DNA from: a virus
Taxonomy: Duplodnaviria; Caudoviricetes
IMG/VR virus record: IMGVR_UViG_3300000756_000009
Span: 1 to 64,000 of that record
DNA: 64,000 bases
Direction: 5' to 3' (one strand)
This document shows positions 10,001-19,664 of the stretch, one piece after another. The position numbers and the translations under genes were made by a program. The notes beneath the pieces are model-generated. The model did not search any database and was not told where the DNA came from. It saw only the letters and a list, made by a program, of their open reading frames with translations. The stretch's first letter is position 1. The number at the start of each line of letters is the position of its first letter.

Positions 10001-13000
10001 CAAATGAGAGGTTGTGTAGAATATTTAGATCCTACTAAACCTGATGCTTTTAAATATTCTAGTTCAGCTATATTTAGTGGTGATATATTTATTACTAGAT
10101 ATACTGAAAAAGTTATTATGCCAATATTTGCTCAATATTTATTAGGGCAACCAGATGAATTTACATATGATTATTCTCAACATACTAATATTCCATATCC
10201 AAGATTTTGGTTAAACTCCCAAAAATTTGACATGACTAAGTTGGGTAGAAGAATAGCAAGTTTTGGTATTAATTTTAATGAAAATGAATTAGATGCTTTG
10301 TTACCTAATGATTTATTTTATTTAGATAGAGGTAATGATAGTTGTGCTAATATTATTGCTACCATAATTGGTGAAAGTGATCCTAATCCAATGTTTGCTA
10401 TGAGATACGCATATATGTATTGTCATTCAAATGGTATATTAGATTTCTTTGTTGAGTCTGAAGTTAATTTAGCAAATAGAGATTGGGAAGATAGAGCTGA
10501 TGCAAGAATATATGATGTATATGATTATAATGATTTAGATGAATTATTTCATGCACAAATAGAAAAGAAAGACAACTTCTATAAATATGATGAATCATTA
10601 AGTCCATCTAAATTTGTAACACAGTTGGGTAGTTTTGGTGAGATTCAAGCAAGATACTATGATCCATATACTGCAGAAAATTGTTATGTTAGTTATCCAA
10701 AGAGATTAATCTATTCATTACAAGCACAGAAAGAATCTAAGAAAGATTTTTGGAGAGTGTTCTTGCCATTTAATTATCAAGACTTTAAAAACAAAGTAAG
10801 TGTAATTAAACCTATTAATAAAAATGGTGCTCTTATATTCTTTCCTTATTTGTCACCTCAAATGTTTCAGGGAATAGATGAGTTAAGAACACAGTTAGAT
10901 ACTAAACTTACTATTGGTGATGGAGGATTATTTAGTCAACCATTCCAAAATGTTGTCAATTCAGATTTATCAAATGAATATGGTTCATGTGAAAGTTTAA
11001 GAAGTGTTATGAATACACCTGTAGGTTTGTTTTTTATATCTCAAGCTCAAGGTAAAATATTCCACTTTACTGGACAAACATTAGATCCAATATCTAATGC
11101 TGGAATGAAATGGTGGTTTAATAAATACTTACCATCTCAACTTGTTAAACAATATCCTCAATTAGAATTTTCACCACTATCTGATAATCCTGTAGTTGGT
11201 GTTGGTTGTCAAACAATCTATGATCCTAATGATGATATAGTTTACTTTATGAAAAAAGACTATAGAGTTAAGGCTGAATATATTGCTAGTATTACATATA
11301 CTGAAAATAGAGGATTTGCTTTATTAGGAAACCCTATTACATTAGGTGACCCAATATTTTTTGAAGATTGTTCTTGGACTGTAAGTTATGATCCCAAAGC
11401 TAAAGCTTGGATATCATTTCATGATTGGCATCCAGAATTTGCATTGCCTAGTATTAATCATTTCTTTACTACTAAGACAATGGTTACAACTATTCCACAA
11501 TGTCCTCCGGGTTATATATATAATGCTAGTAATGGATTATGTGAACAATCAATTAATATTAGTGAACGTGCTATTATTACAGTAGATCAAGTTAACTCTA
11601 CTATTACTGGTGGACCTGAAGATTGTTTGGTGGATATTATTGTTGCAATGGATACATCAGGCTCTACTGATTCAGAGGGACGCAAAGAAGCTCAATTAGC
11701 ATGGTTAGATGCATTTTTAAAAGACTCTAATATAACTGCACCAATGGCTGCAGGTAAAATGCAGATAGGCTTTACATCATGGAGTTCTGGTAATATAAAT
11801 TATAATATACCAAATCCATTGGGTGGTACTTGGTCAATGAGTAATACAGTTACCCCAAGTCAAGTTGCTGCCTGGTATAATAGTAACTGGCAAAGTGGAG
11901 GTACAAATGTTTATTTGGGTATGTCTAGTGGACAAACCAGATTAAATGCAAAGTCAACAAGTAAATTGGGTGACAGAAGTGCACAACCTTCTTTTAGACA
12001 AATTTTAATATTAGTTACTGATACAACAAGTAATCCTGGTAATATAGGCTGTCCTTTTCAAGGCACAGGTGTTTCACCAAGTTCTACTGGTCCAGCTAAT
12101 CAATTAGTATATGCATTGTATTGTGGTGCAACTAGTGCTGTACCAACTAATCCTGCTGTATTAACAAATATATCTTGTACACCGGGACCTGTAAACGTTG
12201 ATGGATATCAGTTTGGAATTAATGCTGCTGTACCTGCAACGTTTACTGCTGTAGCAGCAGCTATTGCGGGATCTGTTTGTTCAATTCCATTTGTTTGTAC
12301 TTGTCCTACAGGTTATACAAAAGTGTTTTATGATTTACTGACAGCTACTTATTCTTCACCGACTGGTATATGTGATGATATTAAACCACCAATTTGTAGA
12401 AAAGTAACATGTACATGTCCAGTTTCTCCTGTAGGTACAACAACTACAACAACAGGAAACTGTGATGATGTTTATTTAGTTGGTAATCCTACCTATGCAA
12501 ATCCAAATCCACAGATTTGTAATTTTTATAAATATGAATCTACACCGGCTAATTTTAAAGTTGGTTCATTCTGGAAACATAATGTAAGGTGTGATAGTTT
12601 TGCTAATTTTTATGGTACTGATTATCCATGGGAAGTAGAATTGGTTTCTAATACAGGACAAATGGTTAATACCGTTAGAAGTATGGAATACCAATTAGAA
12701 AACTATGTGTATAAAGGGGACATGGGATTTGCTTGTAATGATGATAGATGGGAAGATTTAGACTTTAACTTTGACCAATCAATCATTTATAATAATGAAC
12801 AAGTATCTGGGTTATTGTTATTAACTCCAACACCATATAACAATCCTATATTAGAATTGAGTTATCCTATTATCAATCTGAATAGTATGAATATACTATG
12901 TTCTAAAGTAGAACAGAAATATAGATTCAATCAGTTCTATGATATTACTAATGATAGAGGAGAATTTACAAATGCTGAACAAGCAATATGGGAAACACAA

Positions 13001-13177
13001 CCAAATGGATATATCAAAGTTTTAAATACTATAAACTTAAATTATAATAAAGCTCCATTACAACACAAGAAGTTTAGACATTACTATACCAATGTTATTT
13101 TAAGAAGGGTTAAATCAGAAAATAGAAAGATGTTATTGAGATTGAATAACACTAAATTACTTTTATCAATGAGATAA
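7055..13177 (+). CDS. Muzzle / tail-stabilisation-like protein with an inserted VWA domain
   Basis: 2040 aa. N-terminal FIKGMNKD...NAMNN motif and beta-propeller-like repeats (WDDGNNPSRSLNI; WTVSYDPKAKAWISFHDW) typical of crAss-like tail-stabilisation proteins. VWA MIDAS motif DTSGS at 11651-11665. Confidence 0.7.
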   Translation: MAQQNENPGTSSVNTNSFIKGMNKDITQAMEPKESWWHARNAMNNSTDGDLGVIGNEPSNLQCGVIPYTIIGAIHRYADQWIIYSTDDINSEIGLFDDSECKYEVIVNDPCLNFNRKYLIVGAAKENFDCTWQVYWDDGNNPSRSLNINKVPWIQTVSSAPGDPCVTFADTKQLNCEKIRLAPLVDTPCITLSKSIDGGMLQNGAYQAFVAYTENEQKVTDYIGISNVQTLWSHAGTGGSLNLKLSNLDKDYDYYELVLLVRNQGQIYAKRIGLYSTQQQDINIDYIDDTLVAVSLKTIPQRSPAYEKSNAMYVVNDWLIRQGPVSQFDFNYQPIANDIKVNWVANQIDASYYHLGGNKLGFLRDEQYAFFIRWIYNTGERSSSYHIPGRAPRPFTTPSGTYLETDIIYGANVLDTAGDPLYKVYNTGTITSSGLNEVQPDGSLVIARGEMGYWESTERYPSNRPDIWGDLCGKPIRHHKFPTEEVGGANSPLHISTTNGDLINVLGVEFKNIGRPKYNDGTYIPNVVGYEILRGSRAGAKSILAKGLFRNMRKYTIPNAENLIGGNVQGLYPNYPYNDLRPDVYFHDGAANSIHRTNGCNSFTESIISFKPLGSAPAIAGDPSGYSKKVFTFSSPDLMFTKPFLNAYETRLYGYLSGNQSGAFKASEDHPQFKLLRNGSAIIASIVGLGYAIAQIQGERGSTRSSGTSGGWMADDFVLAFGSGASTGVVGVVGAGPNFLSNSGGAAINAGIIATLSNLYESGDNALAFLDLWDGGLGIELAGQAFSTASNTVGIAPAGISGEYVITNTQNTPLSQLPIAITAFVTFFTSAANIAIGGNEIIELIYNLVNKSDFVFKYNSAGFFNQFTKINTGLFRIKNTDSNYLGQSFQSFDGGKYKINNLFRPSTVAVSLTDAIAEPSVVDTSRFTIGGMVNADGTTTEFSDEYLTNPTAKQKTSISAYYGALKFNFDNQYGQLDGIKQVQMRGCVEYLDPTKPDAFKYSSSAIFSGDIFITRYTEKVIMPIFAQYLLGQPDEFTYDYSQHTNIPYPRFWLNSQKFDMTKLGRRIASFGINFNENELDALLPNDLFYLDRGNDSCANIIATIIGESDPNPMFAMRYAYMYCHSNGILDFFVESEVNLANRDWEDRADARIYDVYDYNDLDELFHAQIEKKDNFYKYDESLSPSKFVTQLGSFGEIQARYYDPYTAENCYVSYPKRLIYSLQAQKESKKDFWRVFLPFNYQDFKNKVSVIKPINKNGALIFFPYLSPQMFQGIDELRTQLDTKLTIGDGGLFSQPFQNVVNSDLSNEYGSCESLRSVMNTPVGLFFISQAQGKIFHFTGQTLDPISNAGMKWWFNKYLPSQLVKQYPQLEFSPLSDNPVVGVGCQTIYDPNDDIVYFMKKDYRVKAEYIASITYTENRGFALLGNPITLGDPIFFEDCSWTVSYDPKAKAWISFHDWHPEFALPSINHFFTTKTMVTTIPQCPPGYIYNASNGLCEQSINISERAIITVDQVNSTITGGPEDCLVDIIVAMDTSGSTDSEGRKEAQLAWLDAFLKDSNITAPMAAGKMQIGFTSWSSGNINYNIPNPLGGTWSMSNTVTPSQVAAWYNSNWQSGGTNVYLGMSSGQTRLNAKSTSKLGDRSAQPSFRQILILVTDTTSNPGNIGCPFQGTGVSPSSTGPANQLVYALYCGATSAVPTNPAVLTNISCTPGPVNVDGYQFGINAAVPATFTAVAAAIAGSVCSIPFVCTCPTGYTKVFYDLLTATYSSPTGICDDIKPPICRKVTCTCPVSPVGTTTTTTGNCDDVYLVGNPTYANPNPQICNFYKYESTPANFKVGSFWKHNVRCDSFANFYGTDYPWEVELVSNTGQMVNTVRSMEYQLENYVYKGDMGFACNDDRWEDLDFNFDQSIIYNNEQVSGLLLLTPTPYNNPILELSYPIINLNSMNILCSKVEQKYRFNQFYDITNDRGEFTNAEQAIWETQPNGYIKVLNTINLNYNKAPLQHKKFRHYYTNVILRRVKSENRKMLLRLNNTKLLLSMR

Positions 13178-16100
13178 TGAATAAGAAAATACAACATAAA
13201 GAACTAAGAGGTTTACCCGGTGGTCCAAATGAAATGCCTGTTTATGTTACAGGAGTATTTTCTACAGAAGGATTTAGGATAGACAGCCCAGATGTTAATA
13301 ATTATGAAAACATTATTCCATCTGGATCTATTACTATGAAAGAAAGAGATGGTAGTCCTTTAAGAAAGGGACCAATTCATGGTATAGATAATTTGGGTAA
13401 TGAACAGGTAATGTATCCTGGATATGATTATGAATTTCCAGGAACAGAAGTAAAAGAAACATTACTTGCTAAAATGGGTGGTGGCTTATTAGATAAAACT
13501 ATTAAGTGTGGTAACTGTGGTTGGGAATGGAAAGCTGCTGATGGTGGTTCTGATATTTATAATTGTCATAAGTGTCCTGGTAAAGGTGTAGTAAAAGCAC
13601 AACCAGGTTATGAAGTTCCTAAAATGTATCCTGCACCAAGTCTAGAACTTCAGAAAAAAATACAAAGTTTTGTAGCACAAGAAGATGCTAAAAAGAAAGC
13701 TATAATAAAAGAACAAGAGGAATTAAAGAAGCAAGTTAAAGATAAACCTGTAATTGCAACTCTAAAGCCTAATTATAACAATGCATTTAATACTGATATT
13801 TCAGGACCATATGGTAATGGATATACTCAGGAACAACAAAGGTATTTTGAAAGTAAAAATATTCCCCCTCATTTGTGGGATTCGTCAGAAGAAAAAAAAC
13901 AATGGGATGCAGAAAAGAAAAGATTAGCGGAAGAAGCAATAGTACAAAGAAGAAAGGATGTTCAACAACAAGCCATTAAAGATCTTAATGCTGGAAATTT
14001 TACAACAGCAAGAGCTGAAAATCTTGGTAATGCTTTTAGATTATTTCCAGAAGATGCAGATAGTTTTATTGATAATTATATAAACCCTTTCCAAATGGTG
14101 GGAAGTATGGCTGGCAACTTAGGTAGACATTTTGCAAGTGATGCTGGTCCATTAGATTTAAAAGCTCTTGCATTAGATGTAGCTGCTCCATTAGCTGTTG
14201 GTGCAATTGGAGGATTGGGAGCTAAATCAACAGGTAAATTTGCAAATAACATTCTTAATCCATTAGCTGGAACAGGAAGATATTTAACAACAAAAACTCC
14301 TTTAAAAAATGCTTATAAGTTAAATCCTTTGGCAGCAAAAGAAAAGGATGTGGATATGTTATGGAGATGGGAAGCTGATCAAATACCTGCAGCTTTACTT
14401 GCAAAAAATGCAGTACCTTCAAAATATACTGGTAGATGGTTTCAAAAAGGAGAACCTCATGAGATTATAGATTATCTTAGATCAAGACCTGGACCCGGAA
14501 CATTAAAAGGACTTGCTTTACCTAAAGGTGTAGCAACTTTACCATCAGATGCAGCAAAATTTACTGGTTCTGAGTCATTAAAAAATATTGAAAGAATTGT
14601 TCCTTCAGACGCTTTAAAAAATACAACAGATTTTAGATTAGAAAATAATCCTTTTAGTGAAATAGATAATCCCAATTTTCTTGAAGATTTTAAATATTTA
14701 AATCCATTATTTAATAATGCTAAAATTAAACCAAATTGGTTAGATGGGTATGCTACAAAAAAATTAAATGTAGGAGATATAGCAAACAACTTAGGTGGTA
14801 AGTATTTACCAAATGCATATAAATTTAATCCTTTTGCATTTAAACCTAAGAGTGACGCATATTATAGACAAATTGGAGAACCCGGTTATTTGAATGCAAT
14901 ACAAGAAGGTAAAGTTTTATCAAAAGGTCAAAAAGAATTTTTAGCAAATAATCCTGAATTTAATTATTGGGATGAATATAATGAGTATATTGATTATGCT
15001 AATAGAAATGGAGGACTATATCTTAGAAAGCCAACAACTGCACCATTTTTTCAAAAAGGAGAATTATTTTTTCCACCATCTAATAAGACAGGATTTGGAA
15101 GAGGTAAAACAGCACAGTCAGACGTAAAGTATTTACTTGAAGGAAAATTACCGGATCAAGCAATAATACCAAGATATAGAGATCAACCATTAAGTAAAGA
15201 AGTATTTTATGGTCCAAATGGTGGTACAGGAGTTTTAGATTCTAGATATAGTGATTTATCAAATTTTGAAATATATCAACAGGATTGGTTAAGAGGATAC
15301 AAAAAAAAACAAGATGGTGGAGAACAAGAGTTTGTTAGACCTCCTGACTTACCTATATTGCCTAGTGATGCTGGTACTTTTAATAACTGGCTTTATGAAA
15401 AAGCAGATAAAAGACAGAAGCGTTTACAGGCAGAGTTTGATGTTAAAGATGCAGCAGATAAAGAAGGACGTTACATTAATAAGGCTAAGTATTTTGATTT
15501 GCTTACTACAGAGTTCTATGGACCTGATAGACCTTATGAAGAACTAACTGAGGATGAACAAACAAACATTAACAATATTCATAAAAATAGAAAAGCTAGT
15601 ATACAAAATATTAATTTAGTATCCTCTGACTTATCTAAATATGGTATCAAGGCAGGATATGATCCTAACTTACATACAATGTATGTTCCTGAAGTTCCTA
15701 CAGATAGAGGTGTACTTTCTCATGAGTTTTCTCATATGGGTGATCAAGCAATATTTGAAGAAGGTGTTAATCCTGGAGTAGGTACATACTTTACAGAACA
15801 ACTTACCAATTCTATTTATCCAAAACAAAGCCCTGATTTCTTAAATCAACCTTCTAGTCTTAAGAAAAATAAGACTGTAGGAGAGAACATAGAAGAGGGT
15901 TTTAATGAAGCAGACTATTTACAAGATCCTTCTGAAGTAAAGGCAAGACTTCGTGCATTAAGAGATTCTTCAATTCAACAAGGATACAAGTTACTAGAAC
16001 CCGGTTATAACATTAATAAATACAAAGAAGGGTTTAATAAAGAGGAGAAGAAGCAGTATGAACAACTTAAGAAGTCTGGTTTATCTGATGATAAAATAAA

Positions 16101-17157
16101 TGAGATGATGTACTTGTTTGCTAAGAATAATCAAACACAACCCACAATGGGAAAGAACGGTGTTGAAGTTATAGCACAAAATGGTGGAGAAGAAACTTCT
16201 TGGAGTGATTACTTAAATCCTATGAACTGGGGTGTTAGTAATAGAGATGATGCAGGTACATTTAAACAAGCGTTTAGAGCAGCACGTATTGACGGTGATT
16301 CTGATTTCTTATATCAAGGAAAAAGATATTCTACAGAGTTAAAAGCTACACCATCAGCACCCGCTAAACCAAAAGGAATAACACCAGAACTTTTAATAAG
16401 ACAAGCCTATAGAGAATCTGCATTTAATCCTAATGCTGTTTCTCCAGCAGGTTATAAAGGTTTAGGACAAATTGGAGATGGTGTAATTAAAGATTACAAA
16501 AAGGCAAACAATATTACAGGTAGTGTTGATCCTTTTAATATGAAACAAAACTCTGAAGTTCAAAAGTATTCAATGAATGAATTATACAATTCAAGTTTTA
16601 TTAATAAACCAGGACAATCAGAACAAGTAAGATTAGCAAAAACTTTAGCTGCATATAATTGGGGTAGAACTAATGTTATTAATTTATTGAATGATTTAAA
16701 AGAAGATGGTGTTGATATTTATAATAGTTTAGACTGGATTAGCAAATTACCAGATGAACCAAAAAAATATATTAATGATATACTATTACAAAAAAATACT
16801 ACCTTTAACACTGATTTTTCTAAGGCATTAGGTAATCAAAAGAATCTACCAATAAAACGTTTATATGGTTTTAGAGATGGTGGTGAATCAAAACCAGGGC
16901 CATTAATGCAGTCTTATAACAGACTTCCAATGGAAAAGAAAATGGGAGGTGCTATTGTTAATAAAAAACAATTTGGTGGCCAATTAAATTCTGGTAACAT
17001 TACTATGTATAAAGATTATATAAAAGGTAATATTGAAAATGAAACAGAAGCAATAAAAAACTATGATAAGTTAAATAGGATTTATTATAGTAAAGCAAAA
17101 GAACTAGGAATGAGTGCTGCAAATTACATAATGACGTATATTGTAGGCAACTCTTAA
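13177..17157 (+). CDS. Modular virion cargo protein: Zn ribbon, two ART-like cassettes, zincin and lytic transglycosylase
   Basis: 1326 aa. CGNC...CHKC; two cassettes bounded by NAYKxNP and WLxGY; HEFSH at 15721-15735; SLT motifs RES (Glu at 16414), GLGQI and AAYNWG (16648-16665). Confidence 0.7.
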   Translation: MNKKIQHKELRGLPGGPNEMPVYVTGVFSTEGFRIDSPDVNNYENIIPSGSITMKERDGSPLRKGPIHGIDNLGNEQVMYPGYDYEFPGTEVKETLLAKMGGGLLDKTIKCGNCGWEWKAADGGSDIYNCHKCPGKGVVKAQPGYEVPKMYPAPSLELQKKIQSFVAQEDAKKKAIIKEQEELKKQVKDKPVIATLKPNYNNAFNTDISGPYGNGYTQEQQRYFESKNIPPHLWDSSEEKKQWDAEKKRLAEEAIVQRRKDVQQQAIKDLNAGNFTTARAENLGNAFRLFPEDADSFIDNYINPFQMVGSMAGNLGRHFASDAGPLDLKALALDVAAPLAVGAIGGLGAKSTGKFANNILNPLAGTGRYLTTKTPLKNAYKLNPLAAKEKDVDMLWRWEADQIPAALLAKNAVPSKYTGRWFQKGEPHEIIDYLRSRPGPGTLKGLALPKGVATLPSDAAKFTGSESLKNIERIVPSDALKNTTDFRLENNPFSEIDNPNFLEDFKYLNPLFNNAKIKPNWLDGYATKKLNVGDIANNLGGKYLPNAYKFNPFAFKPKSDAYYRQIGEPGYLNAIQEGKVLSKGQKEFLANNPEFNYWDEYNEYIDYANRNGGLYLRKPTTAPFFQKGELFFPPSNKTGFGRGKTAQSDVKYLLEGKLPDQAIIPRYRDQPLSKEVFYGPNGGTGVLDSRYSDLSNFEIYQQDWLRGYKKKQDGGEQEFVRPPDLPILPSDAGTFNNWLYEKADKRQKRLQAEFDVKDAADKEGRYINKAKYFDLLTTEFYGPDRPYEELTEDEQTNINNIHKNRKASIQNINLVSSDLSKYGIKAGYDPNLHTMYVPEVPTDRGVLSHEFSHMGDQAIFEEGVNPGVGTYFTEQLTNSIYPKQSPDFLNQPSSLKKNKTVGENIEEGFNEADYLQDPSEVKARLRALRDSSIQQGYKLLEPGYNINKYKEGFNKEEKKQYEQLKKSGLSDDKINEMMYLFAKNNQTQPTMGKNGVEVIAQNGGEETSWSDYLNPMNWGVSNRDDAGTFKQAFRAARIDGDSDFLYQGKRYSTELKATPSAPAKPKGITPELLIRQAYRESAFNPNAVSPAGYKGLGQIGDGVIKDYKKANNITGSVDPFNMKQNSEVQKYSMNELYNSSFINKPGQSEQVRLAKTLAAYNWGRTNVINLLNDLKEDGVDIYNSLDWISKLPDEPKKYINDILLQKNTTFNTDFSKALGNQKNLPIKRLYGFRDGGESKPGPLMQSYNRLPMEKKMGGAIVNKKQFGGQLNSGNITMYKDYIKGNIENETEAIKNYDKLNRIYYSKAKELGMSAANYIMTYIVGNS

Positions 17158-17217
17158 ACTTTAAAAATTAGTAAATCTATTGATTTATTTGTATATTAAT
17201 AATATAATGTAAGCACC

Positions 17218-19662
17218 GTGAAAGTAAACAAAATAAGTTTAAAGCAAGAGGGAGGACAAACTGTTGAACAAGTTGAGGCACAACCACAACAACAATCAAT
17301 AGATCCCGCTGTACAACAAATTTCAGATTATATTTCTCAAGCAATTAGTCAAGGACAAAATGCTGCAGAAGTTGTTATGTCTTTAATTCAACAACAAGTT
17401 GATCAACAAACTATTGGTCAAGCTTTGATGATGAATGGTTTTGAAGAAAATGACATCATGTCTTTGTTTGAACAAATGAGTCAAGGACAAGAAGAAGTTT
17501 CTAATGAACCAGGAAGTCCTGATGATTTAAATAATAATCCTCAAGAAATTTCTAGAAATGAAAGCTTGGAAGCTGCTGAGATGTCAGAAGAAGAAATGCA
17601 AGATCCTGGAATGGAAATGGGTAAATCAGGGATAGAAATTAAATCTGAGAATGAAGGCAAGTTTACTAGATGGGCTCAAGCACGTGGTATGTCTGTACAA
17701 GAAGCTGCAAGTAAAGTTATGTCTAATACAGATGAGTATCCACCAGCTGTAGTTAAGATGGCAAACTTTGCTAAGAATGCTGCTGGTTGGAAAAAACAAG
17801 ATGGTGGTGGAACAGATCCTATTAATAGTCAAGTTAATTCTGGAATTAATAAAAGTAATAAATTTGAAAGAGGTACAAGAATAATAGATCAGTATGCTCC
17901 TCAATTAAATATGAAACCTGATACATCATATATGTATCAATCTGATAATGGACCTCAATTTTATTCTAGTACTAAAAAAAATCCTGCTACAGATAAACCT
18001 TATTTTGAATATACTAATGGTAATAATACTAGTACAAACATGTCTAGTGATTCTACCAACATGTATATGAATAGAATAAAAGAGTTAGCTGGTTATCAAA
18101 TGGGTGGTGTTCCTCAAGGTAAAGTAGCAGCAGTTAATAATGTATCTGCTGGTAATAAAGATATGAATTGGCAAAGTGCTCCATTGTATATGAACCCAAT
18201 GGCATTTGAATCAAATGATAATTTTAGTTTAGGTAAAGCTGCTGCTGTTATTGGTGGTGGTTATAAAGAATTTTTAAGTGGTGCAGATGAAAATAAAGAT
18301 GGTATCAAAGATGGTTTCTTTAGAGATGGTAAGAAAAAAGCAGGTATAAGAGATGCAACTAAAGGTGATTATTATAATTATAAAGTTACTCAAGATGCTA
18401 ATGATACAAATAAATATGTGTCAGATAATACAGATTTATTTAATGCTTCAAAAAATAAAGGTAACTTAAGAACAGTTGATCAATATAATAAAGATGTATT
18501 AGATAACTCAAGATTTAATTATAATACGGCTACAAATAGTTATGATGGTATTCAAAGCAGTAGACCAATAGATGAAAGAATTTATAATTCAGATAATAAT
18601 AAAAATGCTTTAGCGGGTAAAGATTATAATTATTTAAAGAGTATGGATAAAGCTACCAAAGATATGATTACTGGTACTAAAGATGATCCACAAGGAACTA
18701 CACTTGGTATTGATGATAAAGGTCAAGCTTCATCTTATGCACCAGGTGCAGATAATCCATATGAATATAATACTTATATGGGTATTAATAAACTGGGAGT
18801 TAATCAAAACTCAATCATACCTACTGGAAATAATGGTCAACCTACTGCCGGTATGTTTAATACACAACCTACAAATACACCTCCAAGGATTCCGCAAAAA
18901 TCATTTAATGAGTGGAAAACGTATGATGCTGTAAGAAATCAAAGTAAAAGTCCAAGTGATCTTTCATCTGAATATAGTAAATATCTCAATGAAGACTATC
19001 TTAAAGAAGAATATAGATATGGTGGAGATCTAATGCAAGTTGGTGGTGAACCAATGTCTAAAGATGAATGGATGAATGCAAATGGAAGAGGTTTAATGGG
19101 ACAAGAATCAATTGATGAAAATGATTATCAAAAATATGCAACTTCAATAAAACCACCAGTTGCAACTCAAACACGTTTTACACCTTCAACAAGTTTACCA
19201 TCATTTGCACCTTCCAGTTCATTTTTAGGAAAAACTCCAAGTACGCCAGCTGTACCAGCTGCACCAACTTTTGAACCACCAAAAGTAGAGAGAACAAATA
19301 ATATTGAAGGTGGTTTTAATAGATTTATGGATAGTCCGGGTATGCAAGGTTATACAAAATTGTCTAACTTTGCAGTGCAAGGTGCGGATCTAGTTAATGA
19401 TTATTTTAGGGATAAAAGTATTAATCAAGCAAAAGAAGATAACTTTAATAAGTTAGGTGCTGATTATCAATATGCTACTGCAGAAGATCCTTTCAATAAA
19501 AGAGGACTGTGGGATATTAATACAGGAACTGCAGGAAGTGAAGGAGATAGAACAACCGGTTTATATTTGAGTAAATACGGTGGTGAAAACAATACTGTAA
19601 ATGTTGATTCAAATTTATTAGCAAAATTAATTGCAGCGGGAGCTGACATTGAAATATTATAA
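17218..19662 (+). CDS. Virion cargo/ejection-type protein, largely low-complexity
   Basis: 814 aa with GTG start, Q/E/M-rich and N-rich tracts, and repeated xxGG motifs. Lies in the cargo gene block. Confidence 0.6.
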   Translation: MKVNKISLKQEGGQTVEQVEAQPQQQSIDPAVQQISDYISQAISQGQNAAEVVMSLIQQQVDQQTIGQALMMNGFEENDIMSLFEQMSQGQEEVSNEPGSPDDLNNNPQEISRNESLEAAEMSEEEMQDPGMEMGKSGIEIKSENEGKFTRWAQARGMSVQEAASKVMSNTDEYPPAVVKMANFAKNAAGWKKQDGGGTDPINSQVNSGINKSNKFERGTRIIDQYAPQLNMKPDTSYMYQSDNGPQFYSSTKKNPATDKPYFEYTNGNNTSTNMSSDSTNMYMNRIKELAGYQMGGVPQGKVAAVNNVSAGNKDMNWQSAPLYMNPMAFESNDNFSLGKAAAVIGGGYKEFLSGADENKDGIKDGFFRDGKKKAGIRDATKGDYYNYKVTQDANDTNKYVSDNTDLFNASKNKGNLRTVDQYNKDVLDNSRFNYNTATNSYDGIQSSRPIDERIYNSDNNKNALAGKDYNYLKSMDKATKDMITGTKDDPQGTTLGIDDKGQASSYAPGADNPYEYNTYMGINKLGVNQNSIIPTGNNGQPTAGMFNTQPTNTPPRIPQKSFNEWKTYDAVRNQSKSPSDLSSEYSKYLNEDYLKEEYRYGGDLMQVGGEPMSKDEWMNANGRGLMGQESIDENDYQKYATSIKPPVATQTRFTPSTSLPSFAPSSSFLGKTPSTPAVPAAPTFEPPKVERTNNIEGGFNRFMDSPGMQGYTKLSNFAVQGADLVNDYFRDKSINQAKEDNFNKLGADYQYATAEDPFNKRGLWDINTGTAGSEGDRTTGLYLSKYGGENNTVNVDSNLLAKLIAAGADIEIL

Positions 19663-19664
19663 CT

